From: the human T2T-CHM13v2.0 reference genome, Homo sapiens
Reading direction: 5' to 3' (one strand)
DNA length: 64,000 bases
Assembly (NCBI RefSeq): GCF_009914755.1
Contig: NC_060948.1
Of the stretch, positions 15,001-30,000 are shown one piece after another. The stretch's first letter is position 1. Every line of letters begins with the position of its first letter. The position numbers were made by a program, and so were the translations under genes. Below the pieces are notes generated by a model, which saw nothing but the letters and a program-made list of their open reading frames with translations, made no database searches and was not told the DNA's origin.

Positions 15001-18000
15001 CTTTTTTCGAGAGTATCTCACTGTGTCACCCAGCCTGGAGCGCAGTGGCATAATCTCAGCTCACATTTCATTTCACCATTCCATTCTACTCCATTCCTTT
15101 CCATTCCATTGGATTCCACTACACTACACTCCTCTCTTCTCCACTCCAATTGATTCTACTCCAATCCACTCCACTCGATTCCAGTCCACTCCACTCATTT
15201 CCATTCCATCCCATTCCATTCCACTCCTTTCCACTCCACTCCACGCTACTCCAGTCCTCTCCATTCCATTCCACTCCATTCCATCCCATTCCTTTCTTTT
15301 GACAGGATCTCCCTCTGTCACCCAAGCTGGTGTGCAGTGGCTCAATCTCAACTCAATTTCATTTCACCATTCCATTCCATTCCATTCCATTCCATTCCAT
15401 TCCATTCCATTCCATTCCATTCCATTCCACTGCACTCCACTCCATGCCATTCAATTCCACTCCACTCCACTTCAGTACATTCCATTCCATTACATTCCAA
15501 TCCCTTCTATTCCACTCCTTTCTTTTGACAGGATCTTCTTCTGTCACGTGGGCTGTAGCTTAGTGGCACAATCTCAGCACACATTTTTTTTTTCGCCATT
15601 CGATTGTGTTCTGTTCGTTTCCGTTCCATTCCGTTCCATTATATTCTGCTCCGTTCCACTTCACTCCCTTAAACTTCATTCCAATCAATTCCATTCCACT
15701 CCACTCCACTCCACTCCATTCCAGTCTACTCCATTCCACTCCACTCCAATCCAATCCACTCCTCTCCACTCCATTCAATTCCACACGATTCCACTGCACT
15801 CCTCTCCACACCACTCCACTCCACTGCACTCCATTCCACTGCACTCCATTCCACTCCACTCCAGTCCACTCCACTCCACTGCCTTCCATTCCACTCCACT
15901 CCACTCCATTCCACTGCACTCCATTTCACTCCACTCCCTTCCACTCTACTCCACTCCACTTCATTCCATTCCAAGTCATTCCATTCCATTCCTTTCTTTC
16001 CACCGGATCTCTCTCTGTCACAAAGGCTGTAGTGCAGTTGCACAATCTAACCTCTCCTATCTTTACACCATTCCATTGCATTCCATTCCATCCCTTTCCA
16101 TTCCACTCTATTTCACTCCACTCCACTGCACTCTATCCCATTTCTCTCCATTCCATGCCATTCGACTCCAATCCACTCCACTCCACTCAACTCCATTCCA
16201 TTCCATTCTATTCCATTCCATTTCACTCCATTGCATTCCCTTCCTTTCTTTTGACAAGATATCACTGTGTCACACAGGTTGGAGTGCAGTGGCACAATCT
16301 CAGCTTACATTATGTGTCAACTTACATTTCATTGCATTCTATTCAATTGCATTCCATTGCATTCCATTCCATTCCATTCCATTTTGTTCCATTCCATTTC
16401 ATTCAATTCCATTCCATTCCACTCCGTTCCACTCCACTCCACTAAACTCAACTACATTCCATTACATCTGATTCCATTCCACTCCATTCTAATCCTCTCC
16501 ACTCCACTGCACTCCATTCCACTCCATCCCACTCCATTCGGCTCCATTCCACTGCACTCCTCTCAACTCCAATCCACTCCACTTCATACCACTCCATTCC
16601 ATCCCATTCCATTCCTCTCCATTCCTCTCCAATCCACTTCACTCCTCTCAACTCCACTCCAGTCCACTCCATTTCATTGCATTCCATTCAATTCCATTCC
16701 ACTCCCTTCCATTCCTTTCCTTTCTTTCGACAGTATCTCACTCTGTTACCAAGCCTAGAGCCCAGTGGCACAATCTCAGCTCACATTTAATTTCACCATT
16801 CCATTCCATTCCATTTCATTAAATTCCATTCCATTCCACTCCGTTCCACTCCACTCCACTACATTCCATTCCAATCCATTCCACTCCTCTCCACTCCACT
16901 CCATTACCCTCCATCCCATTCCGTTCAGTTCCATTCCACTGCACTCCACTCCTCCCCAATCCACTCCACTTCTTTCCATTCCATTACATCCCATTCCTTT
17001 CCTCTCCATTCCACTCCAATCCACTTCTCTCCACTCCACTGCACTCCAGTCCACTCCATTTCATTGAATTCCATTCCATTCCCTTCCATTCCATTCCTTT
17101 CTTTCTAGAGTACCTCACTCTGTTACCAAGCCTAGAGCTCAGCGGCACAATCTCAGCTCACATTTCATTTCACCATTCCATTCCATTACGTTCCATTCTA
17201 TTCCATTAAACTCCATTCCATTCCACTCCGTTCCACTCCACTCCACTCCACTCAACTACATTCCATTACATCCGATTCCATTCCACTCCATTTCATTCCT
17301 CTCCACTCCCCTACACTCCATTTCACTCCATCCCATTCCATTCGGTTCCATTCCACTGCACTCCACTCCAGCCCAATCCACTCCATTTCATTCTATTCCA
17401 TTCCATTCCATCCCATTCCATTCCTCTCCATTCCACTCCAATCCACATCACTCCACTCCACTCCACTCCATTCGATTCCATTCCAATCCATTCCATTCCA
17501 TTCCGTTCTTTTGACAGGATCTCACTCTGTCATCCAGGCTGGTGTGCAGTGGCTCAATCCCAGCTCACATTTCCTTTCAGCATTCCATTCCATTCCATTG
17601 CACTGCACTCCACTCCATGCCACTCAATTCCACTCCACTCCACTTCAGTCCATTCCATTCCATTACATTCCAATCCCTTCTATTCCCCTCCTTTCTTTTG
17701 ACAGAATCTCCCTCTGTCACATGGGCTGTAGCTTAGTGGTACAATCTCAGCACACATCTCTTTTCACCATTCCATTGTGTTCCATTCCGTTTTGTTCTAT
17801 TCCGTTCCATTCCGTTCTGCTTCGTTCCACTCCACTCCCCTACAGTCCATTCCACTCCATGCCACTCCACTCCACTCCATTCCAATCTACTCTATTCCAC
17901 TCCACTCCACTCCAATCCACTCCTCTCCACTCGATTCCATTCCACGCAATTCCACTGCACTCCACCCCATCCCACTCCACTCCACTCCACTGCACTTCTT

Positions 18001-21000
18001 TCCACTCCATTTCTGTCCACTCCACTCCACTCCATTGCATTCTATTCCACCCCACTCGAATCCATTCCACTCCACTCCATTTCACTCCACTCCATTCCAC
18101 TCCACTCCACTCCATTCCACTCCACTCCATTCCATTCAACACCATTCCATTCCATTTCTTTCTTTCCACTGGATCTCTCTCTTTCACAAAGGCTGTAGTA
18201 CAGGGGCAAAATCTAAGCTTACCTATCTTTACACCATTCCGTTGTATTCCATTCCATCCCATTCCATTCCACTCTCTTTCACTCCACCCCACTCCACTCC
18301 ACTCTATCCCATTTCAATCCATTCCATGCCATTCTACTCCAATCCACTCCATTCCACTCAATTCCATTCCATTGCTCTCCATTGCATTCCATTCCTTTCT
18401 TTCAACAAGATATCACTGTGTCACCCCAGTTGGAGTGCAGTGGCACAATCTCAGCTCACATTACCTGTTAACATTCCATTACATTGCCTTCTATTTAATT
18501 GCATTCCTTTGCTTTCCATTCTATTCCATTCCATTCCATTCTAGTCCATTAAATCCCATTCCATTCCACTCCGTTCCACTCCATTCCACTCCACTACATT
18601 CCATTGCAATCCATTCCACTCCTCTCCACTCCACTCCACTCCACTCCATTACCCTCCATCCCATTCCTTTCGGTTCCATTCCTCTGCACTCCACTCCACC
18701 CCAATCCACTCCACTTCATTACATTCCATTACATCCCATTCCATTCCTCTCCATTCCCCTCCAATCCACTTCACTCCACTCCACTGCTGTCCACTCTATT
18801 TCATTGCATTCCATTGCATTCCATTCTAATCCATTCCATTCCATTCCTTTCTTTTGAAAGTATCTCACTCTGTTCCCAAGCCTAGAATGCAGTGGCACAA
18901 TCGCAGCTTACATTTCATTTCACCATTCCATTCCATTCTATTCCATTAAATTCCATTCCATTCTACTCCTTTCCAGTCCACTCCACTCCACTACATTCCA
19001 TTCCAATCCATTCCACTCCTCTCCACTCCACTTCACTCAACTCCACTCCATTACCCTCCATCCCATTCCATTCGGTTCCATTCCACTGCACACCATTCCA
19101 CCCCAATCCACTCCACTTCATTCCATTCCATTACATCCCATTCCATTCCATTCTATTCCATTCATCTCCACTCCATACCAATCCATTCCACTCCATTCCA
19201 GTCCACTCCTCTCCATTCCGTTCCATTCCATCCCATTCCATTCCACTCCGTTCCAGTACACTCCATTCCACTCCACTCCACTCCACTCCATTCCACTCCA
19301 CTCCACTCCACTAAATTCCACTCCACTCCATTCCATTCTATTCCATTTCACTCCATTGCATTCCATTCCTTACTTTAGACAGGATATCATTGTGTCACCC
19401 ATGCTTGAGTGCAGTGGCACAATCTCAGCTCACACTACATGTCAACATTCCATTGCATTGCATTCTATTGCATTGCATTGAATTCCATTCCATTCCATTC
19501 AATTGTATTAAATTCCATTCCGTTCTACTCCACTCCACAATTTTTCATTACTTCTGATTCCATTCCACTCCATTCCACTCCTCTCCACCCCACTGCACAC
19601 CACTCCACTCCATTCCAGTCAATCCCTTTCCATTCCGCTCCATTCCACTTCACTCCACTCCACCCAACTCCACTCCAATTCATTTCATTCCTTTCCATCC
19701 CTTTCCAGTCCTCTCCATTCCACTCTACTCCACTGCACTCCATTCCACTCTACGGCAGTCCACTCCATTAAATTCCATTCCCTTGCATTCCCTTCCTTTC
19801 CTTTCTTTTGAGAGTATCTCATTCTGTCACCCAACCTGGAGCGCAATGGCACAAACTCCATTCACATTTCATTACCATGCCGTTCCACTCCATTCCATTC
19901 CATTCCATTCCATTTCATACCATTTCATTCCATTCCACTCCTTACCTCTCCACTCCAGTCTACTCCACTCCACTCCATTCCATTCCATTCCATTCTACTC
20001 CTTTCCATTCCATTCCTTTCTTTTGACAGGATCTCACTCTGTCATTCATGCTGGTGTGCATTGGCACAATCTCAACTCGTATTTCATTTCACCATTCCAT
20101 TCCATTCCACTGCACTCCACTCCAACCCACTGAATTCCACTCCACTCCCCTCCACTCCACTCCACTCCATTCCACTCCACTACACTCCCCTACACTCCAA
20201 TCCACTCCATTCCACTTTACTCCACCCCACTCCTTTACACTACACTCCACTCTACCCCACTTCACTCCAATCCACTCCTCTCCATTCCATTCCATTACAC
20301 TCCATTCCATTCCATTCTTTCTTTCTACAGGATCTCACTCTGTCACAAATTCTGGAGTGCAATGGCACAATCGCAGCTCACATTTCTTTTCACCATTCCG
20401 TTGCAATAAATTCCATTCCATTCCTTTCTTTCTACAAGATCTCACTCTGTCACAAAGGCTGGAATGCACTCTCACAATCTCAGCTCACATTACTTTTCAC
20501 CATTCCATTCCATTGCATTCCATTCCATCCATTGCATTCCACTCTATTTCACTCCACTCCACTCTGTTCCACTCCATTCCATTCCATGCCACTCCACTCC
20601 ACTCCAATCTTCTTCTCTCCCTACCTCTGGATTCCTTTCCACTCTATTCCATTCCATTCCACTCCACTCCACTACATTCCACTCCAATAAACTCCATTCC
20701 ATGCCACTCCACTCCATTCCATTCCACTTCACTCCATTCCATTCATTTCCGTTCCATTCCTCTCCATTCCATTCCACTCTACTCCATTCCATTATATTCC
20801 ACTCCACTCCATTCCCGTCCACTCCACTCAACTCCACTCCATTCCATTCCTTTCGATTCCATTCCAATCCACTCCTCCCCACTCCATTCCTTTCCATTCC
20901 ATTCCATTACATTCCATTACATTACATTATATTACATTACATTATATTACATTACATTACACTCTACTCCACTCCACTCTACTCCATTCCACTCCACTCT

Positions 21001-24000
21001 ACTCCACTTTACTCCACTCCACTTCATGTCATTCCACTCCATTCTATTCCATTCCTTTCTTTCCACAGGAACTCCCTCTTTAACAAAGGCCGGAGTGCAG
21101 TTGAACAATCTCAGCTCACATTTCTTTCCAACTTTCCACTGTATTCCATTCCATCCCTTTCCATTCCACTCTATTTCACTCCACTCCACTCCACTCCTCT
21201 CTACTGCATTCCATTCCACTCCATCCCATTCCATTCGACTCCTTTCCACTCCACTGCACTCCACTCCACTCCATTCCACCCCACTCAATTCCCCTCCACT
21301 CCACTCTATTCCATTCCACTCTACTCCAGTGCATTCCACTCCACCCCACTCCATTCCATTCCATTCTACTCCACTCCATTCCACTCCACTCCACTCCGTT
21401 CCCTTATACTCCACTCCACTCCATTCCCGTCGACTCCACACAACTCCACTCCATTCAATTCCTTTCAATTCCATTCCACTCCACTCCTCCCTACTCCATT
21501 CCATTCCATTCCATTTCATTCTATTACATTACATTACATTCCACTCTACTCCACTCCACTCTACTCCATTCCACTCCATTCCAGTCCACTCCACTCCACT
21601 CGACTCCACTGCACTCTACTCCACTCCACTCCATTCCATTCCACACCATTCCATTCCATTCCTTTCTTTCCGCAGGAACTCTCTCTTTCACAAAAAGTCA
21701 GGGGTGCAGGGGCGCAATCTCAGCTCACATTTCTTTCCAACATTCCATTGCATTCCATTCCATCCCTTTTCATTCCACTCTATTTCTTTCCACTCTACTC
21801 TTTTGCACTCCATTTTATTCCACTCCACCCCATTCAATTCGACTTCATTCCCGTCTATTCTACTCCACTCCACTCCATTCCACCCCACTCAATTAACCTC
21901 CGCTCCACTCCATTTCATTCCACTCCAATCCAGAGCGTTCCACTCCAATCCAGAGCGTTCCACTCCACCCCACTCCCTTCCATTCCATTCTACTCCATTC
22001 CATTCCACTCCACTCCACTCCATTCCACTCCTCTCCACTCCATTCCACTCTATCTCACTCCTTTCCACTCCACTCCACTCCATTCCATTCCACTTTACTC
22101 CATTCCATTCCATTCCATTCCATTCCATTCCATTCCATTCCAATGCACTCCACTCCTCTTCATTCCCTTCCATGCCATCCCATTCCCTTCCTTTCCGTTC
22201 CACTCCACTCTACTTCACTCCACTCGCCTCAACTCCAGTTCACTCCATTCCATTCCATTCCACTGCATTCCATTCCTTTTCTTTCTTTGGAGAGTATCTC
22301 ACTCTGTAATCCACCCTGGAGTGCAGTGGCACAATCTCAGCTCACATTTCATTTCACCACTCCGTTCCCTTCCATTCAATTCCAATCCACTCCTCTCCAC
22401 TCCACTCCAATCCATTCCACTCCACTCCACACCACTCCATTCCAGTCCACTCTACTTTTTTGCATTCCATCCCTTTCCATTCCAGTCCTTTCCACCCCTC
22501 TCCACTCCATTTCATTTCATTCCATTCCATTCCATTCCATTCCTTTCTTTTGACAAGATCTCACACTGACACCCAGACTGGCGTGCAGCTGCACAATCTC
22601 AGCTCACATTTCCTTTCACCATTCCATTCCATTCCATTCCATTCTCTTCCATTCTATTCCATTCCACGGCACTCCACCCCAGTCCACTCAATTCCACTAC
22701 ACTACACTCCAATCCATGCCGTTCCATTTCATTCCAATCCCTTCAATTACACTCCTTTCTTTTGACAGGATCTCCCTCTGTCCCACAGGCTGTAGCATAG
22801 TGGCACAATTTCAGCACACATTTCTTTTCACCATTCTATTCCATTCCATTCTTTTCCATTCCATTCCATTCCATTCCTCTCCACTCCATTCCACTCCACT
22901 CCACTCCATTCCACTCCACTCCATTCCTCTCCACTCCACTCAATTCCATTCCAATCCACTCCACTCCACTCCAATCCACTACACTCCATTCCACTGCACT
23001 CCTCTCCATTCCACTCAATTCTACTCCACTCCATTCCACTCCACTCAACTCCACTCCATGCCATTTCACTCCACTCCACTCCAGTCCACTCCACTCCATT
23101 CCATTCTACTCCTCTCCACTCCAATCCATTCCACTCCATTCCACTCCTCTCAACTCCACTCCATGCCATTTCACTCCACTCCACTCCAGTCCACTCCACT
23201 CCATTCCATTCTACTCCTCTCCACTCCAATCCATTCCACTCCAGTCCACTCCATTCCATTCCACTCCACTCCACTGCACTCCATCCACTCGATTTCATTC
23301 CATTCCACTCCATTCCATTCCATTATGTTCTTTCCACAGGATCTCACTCTGCCATAAAGGCTGGAGTGCAGTGGCACAATCTCATCTCACATTTCTTTTC
23401 ACCATTCCATTTCATTTCATTCCATTCCATCCCTTTCTATTCTGCTCTATTTCACTCCACTCCACTCCACTCTACTCGACTCCATTCCATTCCACTCCAT
23501 CCCATTCCATTCGACTCCATTCCACTTCACTCCACTCCACTCCACTCCAGGCCATTGCATACACTCCATTCCATTTCAATCCATTGCCTTCCATTGCTTT
23601 AATTCGACAGGATATCACTGTGTCAGGAAGGAGTGCAGTGGCACAATCACAGCTCACATTACATGTCAACTTTCCATTGCATTGCTTTCTATTCCATTGC
23701 ATTAAATTGCATTCCATTCCACTTCATTCCATTCCTTTCAATTCCATTCCTTTCCACTCCATTCCGCTCCACTCCCCTCCACTCCACTACATTCCATTAC
23801 AACCATTTCCATTACATTCCATTCCACTCCTCTCCACTCCACTGCTCTCCACTCCACTCCATTCCACTCCATCTCATTGCATTCCGCTCCATTCCAGTGC
23901 ACTCCACTCCATCCCACTCCACTCCACCTCATTCCATTCCATCCCATAACATTCCTCTCCATTCCACTCCACTCCACTTCACTCCACTCCACTCCATTCC

Positions 24001-27000
24001 ACTCCATTCCATTCCCTTCCTCTGCATTCCCTTCAATTCCTTTCTTTCAAGAGTATCTCACTCTTTCAATCAGGCTGGAGGCCAGTTGCACAATCTCAGC
24101 TTACATTTCATTGCACCATTCCATTTCATTTCATTCCATTCCATTCCATTCCATTCCACTCCACTCCACTCCATTCCACTCCAATCCTCTCCACTCCACT
24201 CCATTCCATTCCTCTCCACTCCAGTCCAGTGCACTACACTCCATTCCCCTCCACTCCACTCAATAGCACTACACTGCATTGCTCTCCACTACACTTCGCC
24301 CCATTCCATTCCACTCCACTCCACTATTGTCCACTCGATTCCATTCCACTCCACTCCATTCCACTCCATTCCACTCTACTCCATTCCACCCTACTCCACT
24401 CCATTCCATTCCATTCCATTCCACTCCATTGCATTGCATTACTTTCTTTCCACGGGATCTCACTCTGTCATAAAGTCTGGATTGCAGTGGCACAATATCA
24501 GCTCACATTTCTTTTCACCATTCCATTCCATTACATTCTATCCCATTCCATTCCACTCTATTTCACTCCACACCACTCGACTCCATTCCATTCCACTCCA
24601 TCCCATTCCTTTCGACTCCATTCTACTTCACTCCACTCCACTCCACTCCACTCCATTCCATTCTATACATTCCATTCCATTTCAGTCCATTGCATTTCAT
24701 TGCTTTCTTTCGACAGGATGTCACTCTGTCACTTAGGAATGAGTGCTGTAGTACAATCGCAGCTCACATTACATGTCAACTTTCCATTGCATTGCCTTCC
24801 ATTCCATTGTTTTCCATTGCATTCCATTCCATTCCTTTCCACTTCATTCCTTTCCATTCCATTCAATTCCATTCTTTCCAATCCGCTGCACTCTACTTCA
24901 CTGCACTCCACTACATTCCATTACACCCTTTTCCGTTACACTCCATTCCAATCCTCTCCACTCCACTTCTCTCCACTCCACTCCATTCCACTCCATTCCA
25001 TTCCATTCCTCTCCATTCCACTGCAGTCCACTCAACCCCACTCCACTCCACCTCATTCCATTCCATCCCATAACATTCCTCTCCATTCCACTCCACTCCA
25101 CTCCAGTCCACCCCACTCCACTCCATCTCATTCCATTCCATCACATAACGTTCCTCTCCATTCCCCTCAACTCCACTCCACTCCACTCCAGTCCACTCCA
25201 TTCCATTCCATTGCATTCCATTCCATTCCACTGCATTCCATTCCATTCCTTTCTTTTGAGAGTGTCTCACTCTTTCAAGCAGCCTGGAGGGCAGTGGCAC
25301 AATCTCAGCTCACATTTCATTGGACAATACCATCCATTTCATTCCATTCCATTCTATTCCACTCCACTCCACTCCAATCAATTCCACTCCACTCTACTCC
25401 ACTCCATTCCAGTCCACTCCACTCCTTTCCATTCCATCCCGTTCCATTCCACTCCTTTCCACTCCACTCCACTGCACTCCATTTCATTTCATTCCATTCC
25501 TCTCCATTCCATTCCATTCCTTTCTTTTGACAGGATCTCTCTTTGTCACCAAGACTGGTGTACAGTTGAACAATCTCAGCTCACATCTCAATTCACCATT
25601 CCCTTCCATTCCATTATACTGCACTCCACGCCACTCCACTCAATTTCACTCCACGGCACTCCAATCCATTCCATTCCATTCCAATCCCTTTCTTTCCACT
25701 TTTTTCTTTTGACAGTATCTCCCTCTGTCACACTGGCTGCAGCATAGTGGCACTATCTCAGCACACATTTCTTTTCACCATTCCATTCCGTCCAATTTCA
25801 TCCCACTCTTTTCCACTCCACTCTACTCCACTACATTCCACTCCACTCCCTTCTACTCCACTCCACTCCATTCCACTCCACTCCATTCCATTCCACTGCA
25901 TTCCCCTCCACTCCCCTCCATTTCACTCCTTTCCAATCCACTCCACTCCACTCCAGGCCATTCCACTCCACTCCACTCCACTCCACTCCATTCCACTCCA
26001 CTCCATTCCACTGCACACCACTCCACTCCACTCCATTCTATTCCACTCCACTCCATTCCATTCCTTTCTTTCCACAGGATCTCACTCTGTCACAAACGCT
26101 GGAGTACAATGGCACAATCTCAGCTCACATTTCTTTTCACCATTCTATTGCATTCCTTTCCATCCCATTCCATTCCACTCTATTTCACTCCATTCCACTC
26201 CATTGCATTCCGCTCCATCCCTTTCCATTCGACTCCCTTCCTCTACCCTCCACTCCACTCCATTGCATTCCATTCGATTCCATTCCATTTCACTTCATTG
26301 CATTCCATTCCTTTCTTTCAACAGGCTATCACTGTGTCACCCAGGCTGGAGTGCACTGGTGCAATCTCAGCTCACATTACATGTCATCTTTCTAATGCAT
26401 TGCATTCTATTCCATTGCATTCCACCGCATTCATTTCCATTCCATTCAAATCCATTCCATTCCAGTCCATTCCACTCAACTCAAATCCACTCCGCTACAT
26501 TCCATTACATCTGATTCCTTTCCTCTCCATTACACTCCTCTCCACTTCCCTGCACTCCACTCCACACCATTCCATTCCATTCCATTCCACTCTATTCAAT
26601 GGCAATCCACTTCACCCCACTCCACTCTACTTTATTCTATTCCATTCCGTCCCATTCTATTCCTCTCCATTCCACTCCTCTGCACTTCACCCCTCTCCAC
26701 TCTTCTCCAGCACATTCCATTCCATTCCATCCCATGACATTCCATTCTATTCCTTTCTTTCCAGAGTATCTCACTCTGTCAACCAGCCTGGAGCGCTGCC
26801 GCACAATCTCAGCTCACATTTCATTTCAACATTCCATTCTATTCCATTCCACTCCTCTCCAATCCACTCCACTCCACTTCACTCCATTCGATCCCATTCC
26901 ATTCCTCTCCATTCCACTCCAGTCCACTTCACTCCACTCCAATAAAGTCCACTCCATTTCATTCCATACCATTCCATTCCACTGCACTCCATTCCACTCC

Positions 27001-30000
27001 ACTCAATTCCTCTCCACTCCACTCCACTCCACTCCAGTCCATTCCAATCCATTCCAATCCCTTCCATTCCACTCCTTTCTTTCGACAGAATCTCCGTCTG
27101 TCACACAGGCTGTAGCATAGTGGCACAATCTCAGCACAAATTTATTTACACCATTCCTTTGCATTCCATTGCACTCCATTCTGTTCTGTTCCATTCCGTT
27201 CAATTTCGTTCCACTCCACGCCACTCCACTCCACTCCATTCCACTCCACTACATTCCACTCCACTCCATTCCACTCCACTCCACTCAACTCCATTCCACT
27301 CAACTCCACTTAACTCCACTCCATTCCATTCCACTTCACTCCATTCCAACCCACTCCACTCCACTTTACTCTACTCCTTTCCTCTCCACTGCATTCCACT
27401 CCACTGCACTCCACTCCACTGCATTCCAATCCACTCCACTCCAATCCATTCCACTACAATCCACTCCACTCCACTCTAATGCACTCCATTCCACTCCACT
27501 TCACTTCACTCCATTCCAGTCCACTCCACTTCTTTCCCTTCCATTGCAATCCATTCCACACCTTTCCACTCCATACCACTCCACTTCACTCCATTCCATT
27601 CCATTACACTCCATTCCATTCCATTCCTTTCTTCTCACAGGACCTCACTCTGTCACCCAAGCGGGTGTGCAGTGACACAATCTCAGCTCACATTTCATTT
27701 CACCATTACATTCAATTCCATTCCACTGCACTCCACTCCATTCCATTCATTTCCACTCCATTCCACTCCCATCCATTCCATTCCTATCCCTTCCATTCCA
27801 CTCCTTTCTTTTGACAGCATCTCCCACTGTCCCACAGGCTGTTGAGTAGTGGTACAATCTCTGCACACATTTCTTTTCACCATTCCATTCCATTCCATTC
27901 CATTCTGTTCCCTTCTGTTCCATTTTGTTCCACTCGGTTCCACTCTACTCCACTCCACTCCACTCCATTCCATTCCACGCCATTCCACTCCACTCTACTT
28001 CACTCCATTTCACTCTACTCTATTTCACTCCACTCCACTCCAGTCCGTTCCACTCCACTCTATTACGCTCCATTCCACTCCACTCCAGTCCACTCCACAC
28101 CATTCCACTCCACTCCACTCCATTCCATGCCATTCCACTCCACTCCATTCCACTCCACTCCACTGAACTCCACTTCACTCCATTCCATTCCATTCCACTC
28201 CATTCCATTCCATTACTTTCTTTCCACAGCATCTCACTCTGTCATAAATGCTGGAGTGCAGTGGTACAATCTCATCTCATTTCTTTTCACCATTCCATTG
28301 CATTCCATTCCATCCAATTCTATTCCACTCTATTTCACTCCACTCCACTCCATTAGACTCCATTCCATTCCACTCCATCCCATTCCATTCAACTCCATTC
28401 CACTCCTCTCCACTCTGCTGCTCTTGACTCCACGCCGTTCCACTCCATCCCATTCCATTCCGTTCCATTCCACTGCACTCCACTCCACCCCACTCCACTC
28501 CACCTCTTTGCATTCCATCCCATAACATTCCTCTCCATTCCACTCCACTCCACTTAACTCCTCTCCACTCCAGTCCACTCCATTCCATTCCATTCCATTC
28601 TATTCCATTCCATTCCATTCCACTCCATTGCATTCCATTCCATTTTTTTCTTCCGAGAGTATCTCACTCTTTCATCCAGACTGGAGGGCAGTGGCACAAT
28701 CTCAGCTCACATTTCATTGCATCATTCCTTTCCATTTCATTCCATTCCATTCTATTCCATTTCATTCCACTCCACTGCACTCCATTTCATTCCACTCCAC
28801 TCCACTCCACTCCACTACACTGCATTCCCCTCCACTCCACTCAACTGCGCTCCATTCCACTCCATTCCACTCCATTCCACTCCACTCCATTCCACTCCAC
28901 TCCATTCCACTCCACTCCATTCCATTCCACTCCATTCCACTCCAGTCCACTCCACTCCATTCCACTCCACTCCAATCCAGTCTATTCCTCTCTATTCCAT
29001 TCCACTCCACTCCACAGCACTCCACTCCACTCCGCTGCACTCCACTCCACTCCATTCCATTCCATTCCACTCCATTCCATTACTTTCTTTCCACAGGATC
29101 TCACTCTGTCATAAAAGCTGTATTGCAGTGGCACAATATCAGCTCACGTTTCTTTTCACCATTCCTTTCCATTCCATTCCATCCCTTTACATTCCACTCT
29201 ATTTCACTCCACTCCACTCGACTCCATTCCATTCCACTTCATCACATTCCATTCGACTGCATTACACTTCACTCCACTGCACTCCACTCCACTCCATTCC
29301 ATTCCATTTCAATCCATTGCATTCCATTGCTTTCTTTCAACAGAATATCACTCTGTCACTCAGGAAGGAGTGCAGTGGCACAATCGTAGCTCACATTACA
29401 TTTCAACTTTCCATTTCATTGCTTTCTATTCCATTGCATTCCATTCCGTTCCATTCCACTCCATTCCATTTCATTCAATTCCATTCCTTTCCCCTCCGTT
29501 CCACTCCACTCCAATCCACTGGACCACTTCCGATTACATCTTTTTCCATTACACTCAATTCCACTCCTCTCCACTCCACTGCTCTCCACTCCACTCCATT
29601 CCACTCCATTCCATTCCATTCCTCTCCATTCCACTACACTCCACTCTACCCCACTCCACTCCATCTCATTCCATTCCATCCAATAACATTCCTCTCCATT
29701 CCACTCCACTCCACTTCACTTCACTCCACTCCACTCCAGTCCACTCTGTTCCATTCCATTGTATTCCTTTCCATTCCTTTCTACTGCATTCCATTCTATT
29801 ACTTTCTTTCGAGAGTGTCTCACTCTTTCAACCAACCTGGATGGCAGTAACACAATCTCAACTCACATTTCGTTGCACCATTCCATCCAGTCGATTCCAT
29901 TCCATTCCATTTCACTCCACTCCACTCCGCTCCACTCCAAATAATTCCACTCCACTCCACTCCACTCCATTCCAGTCAACTCCACTCCTTTCCATTCCAT

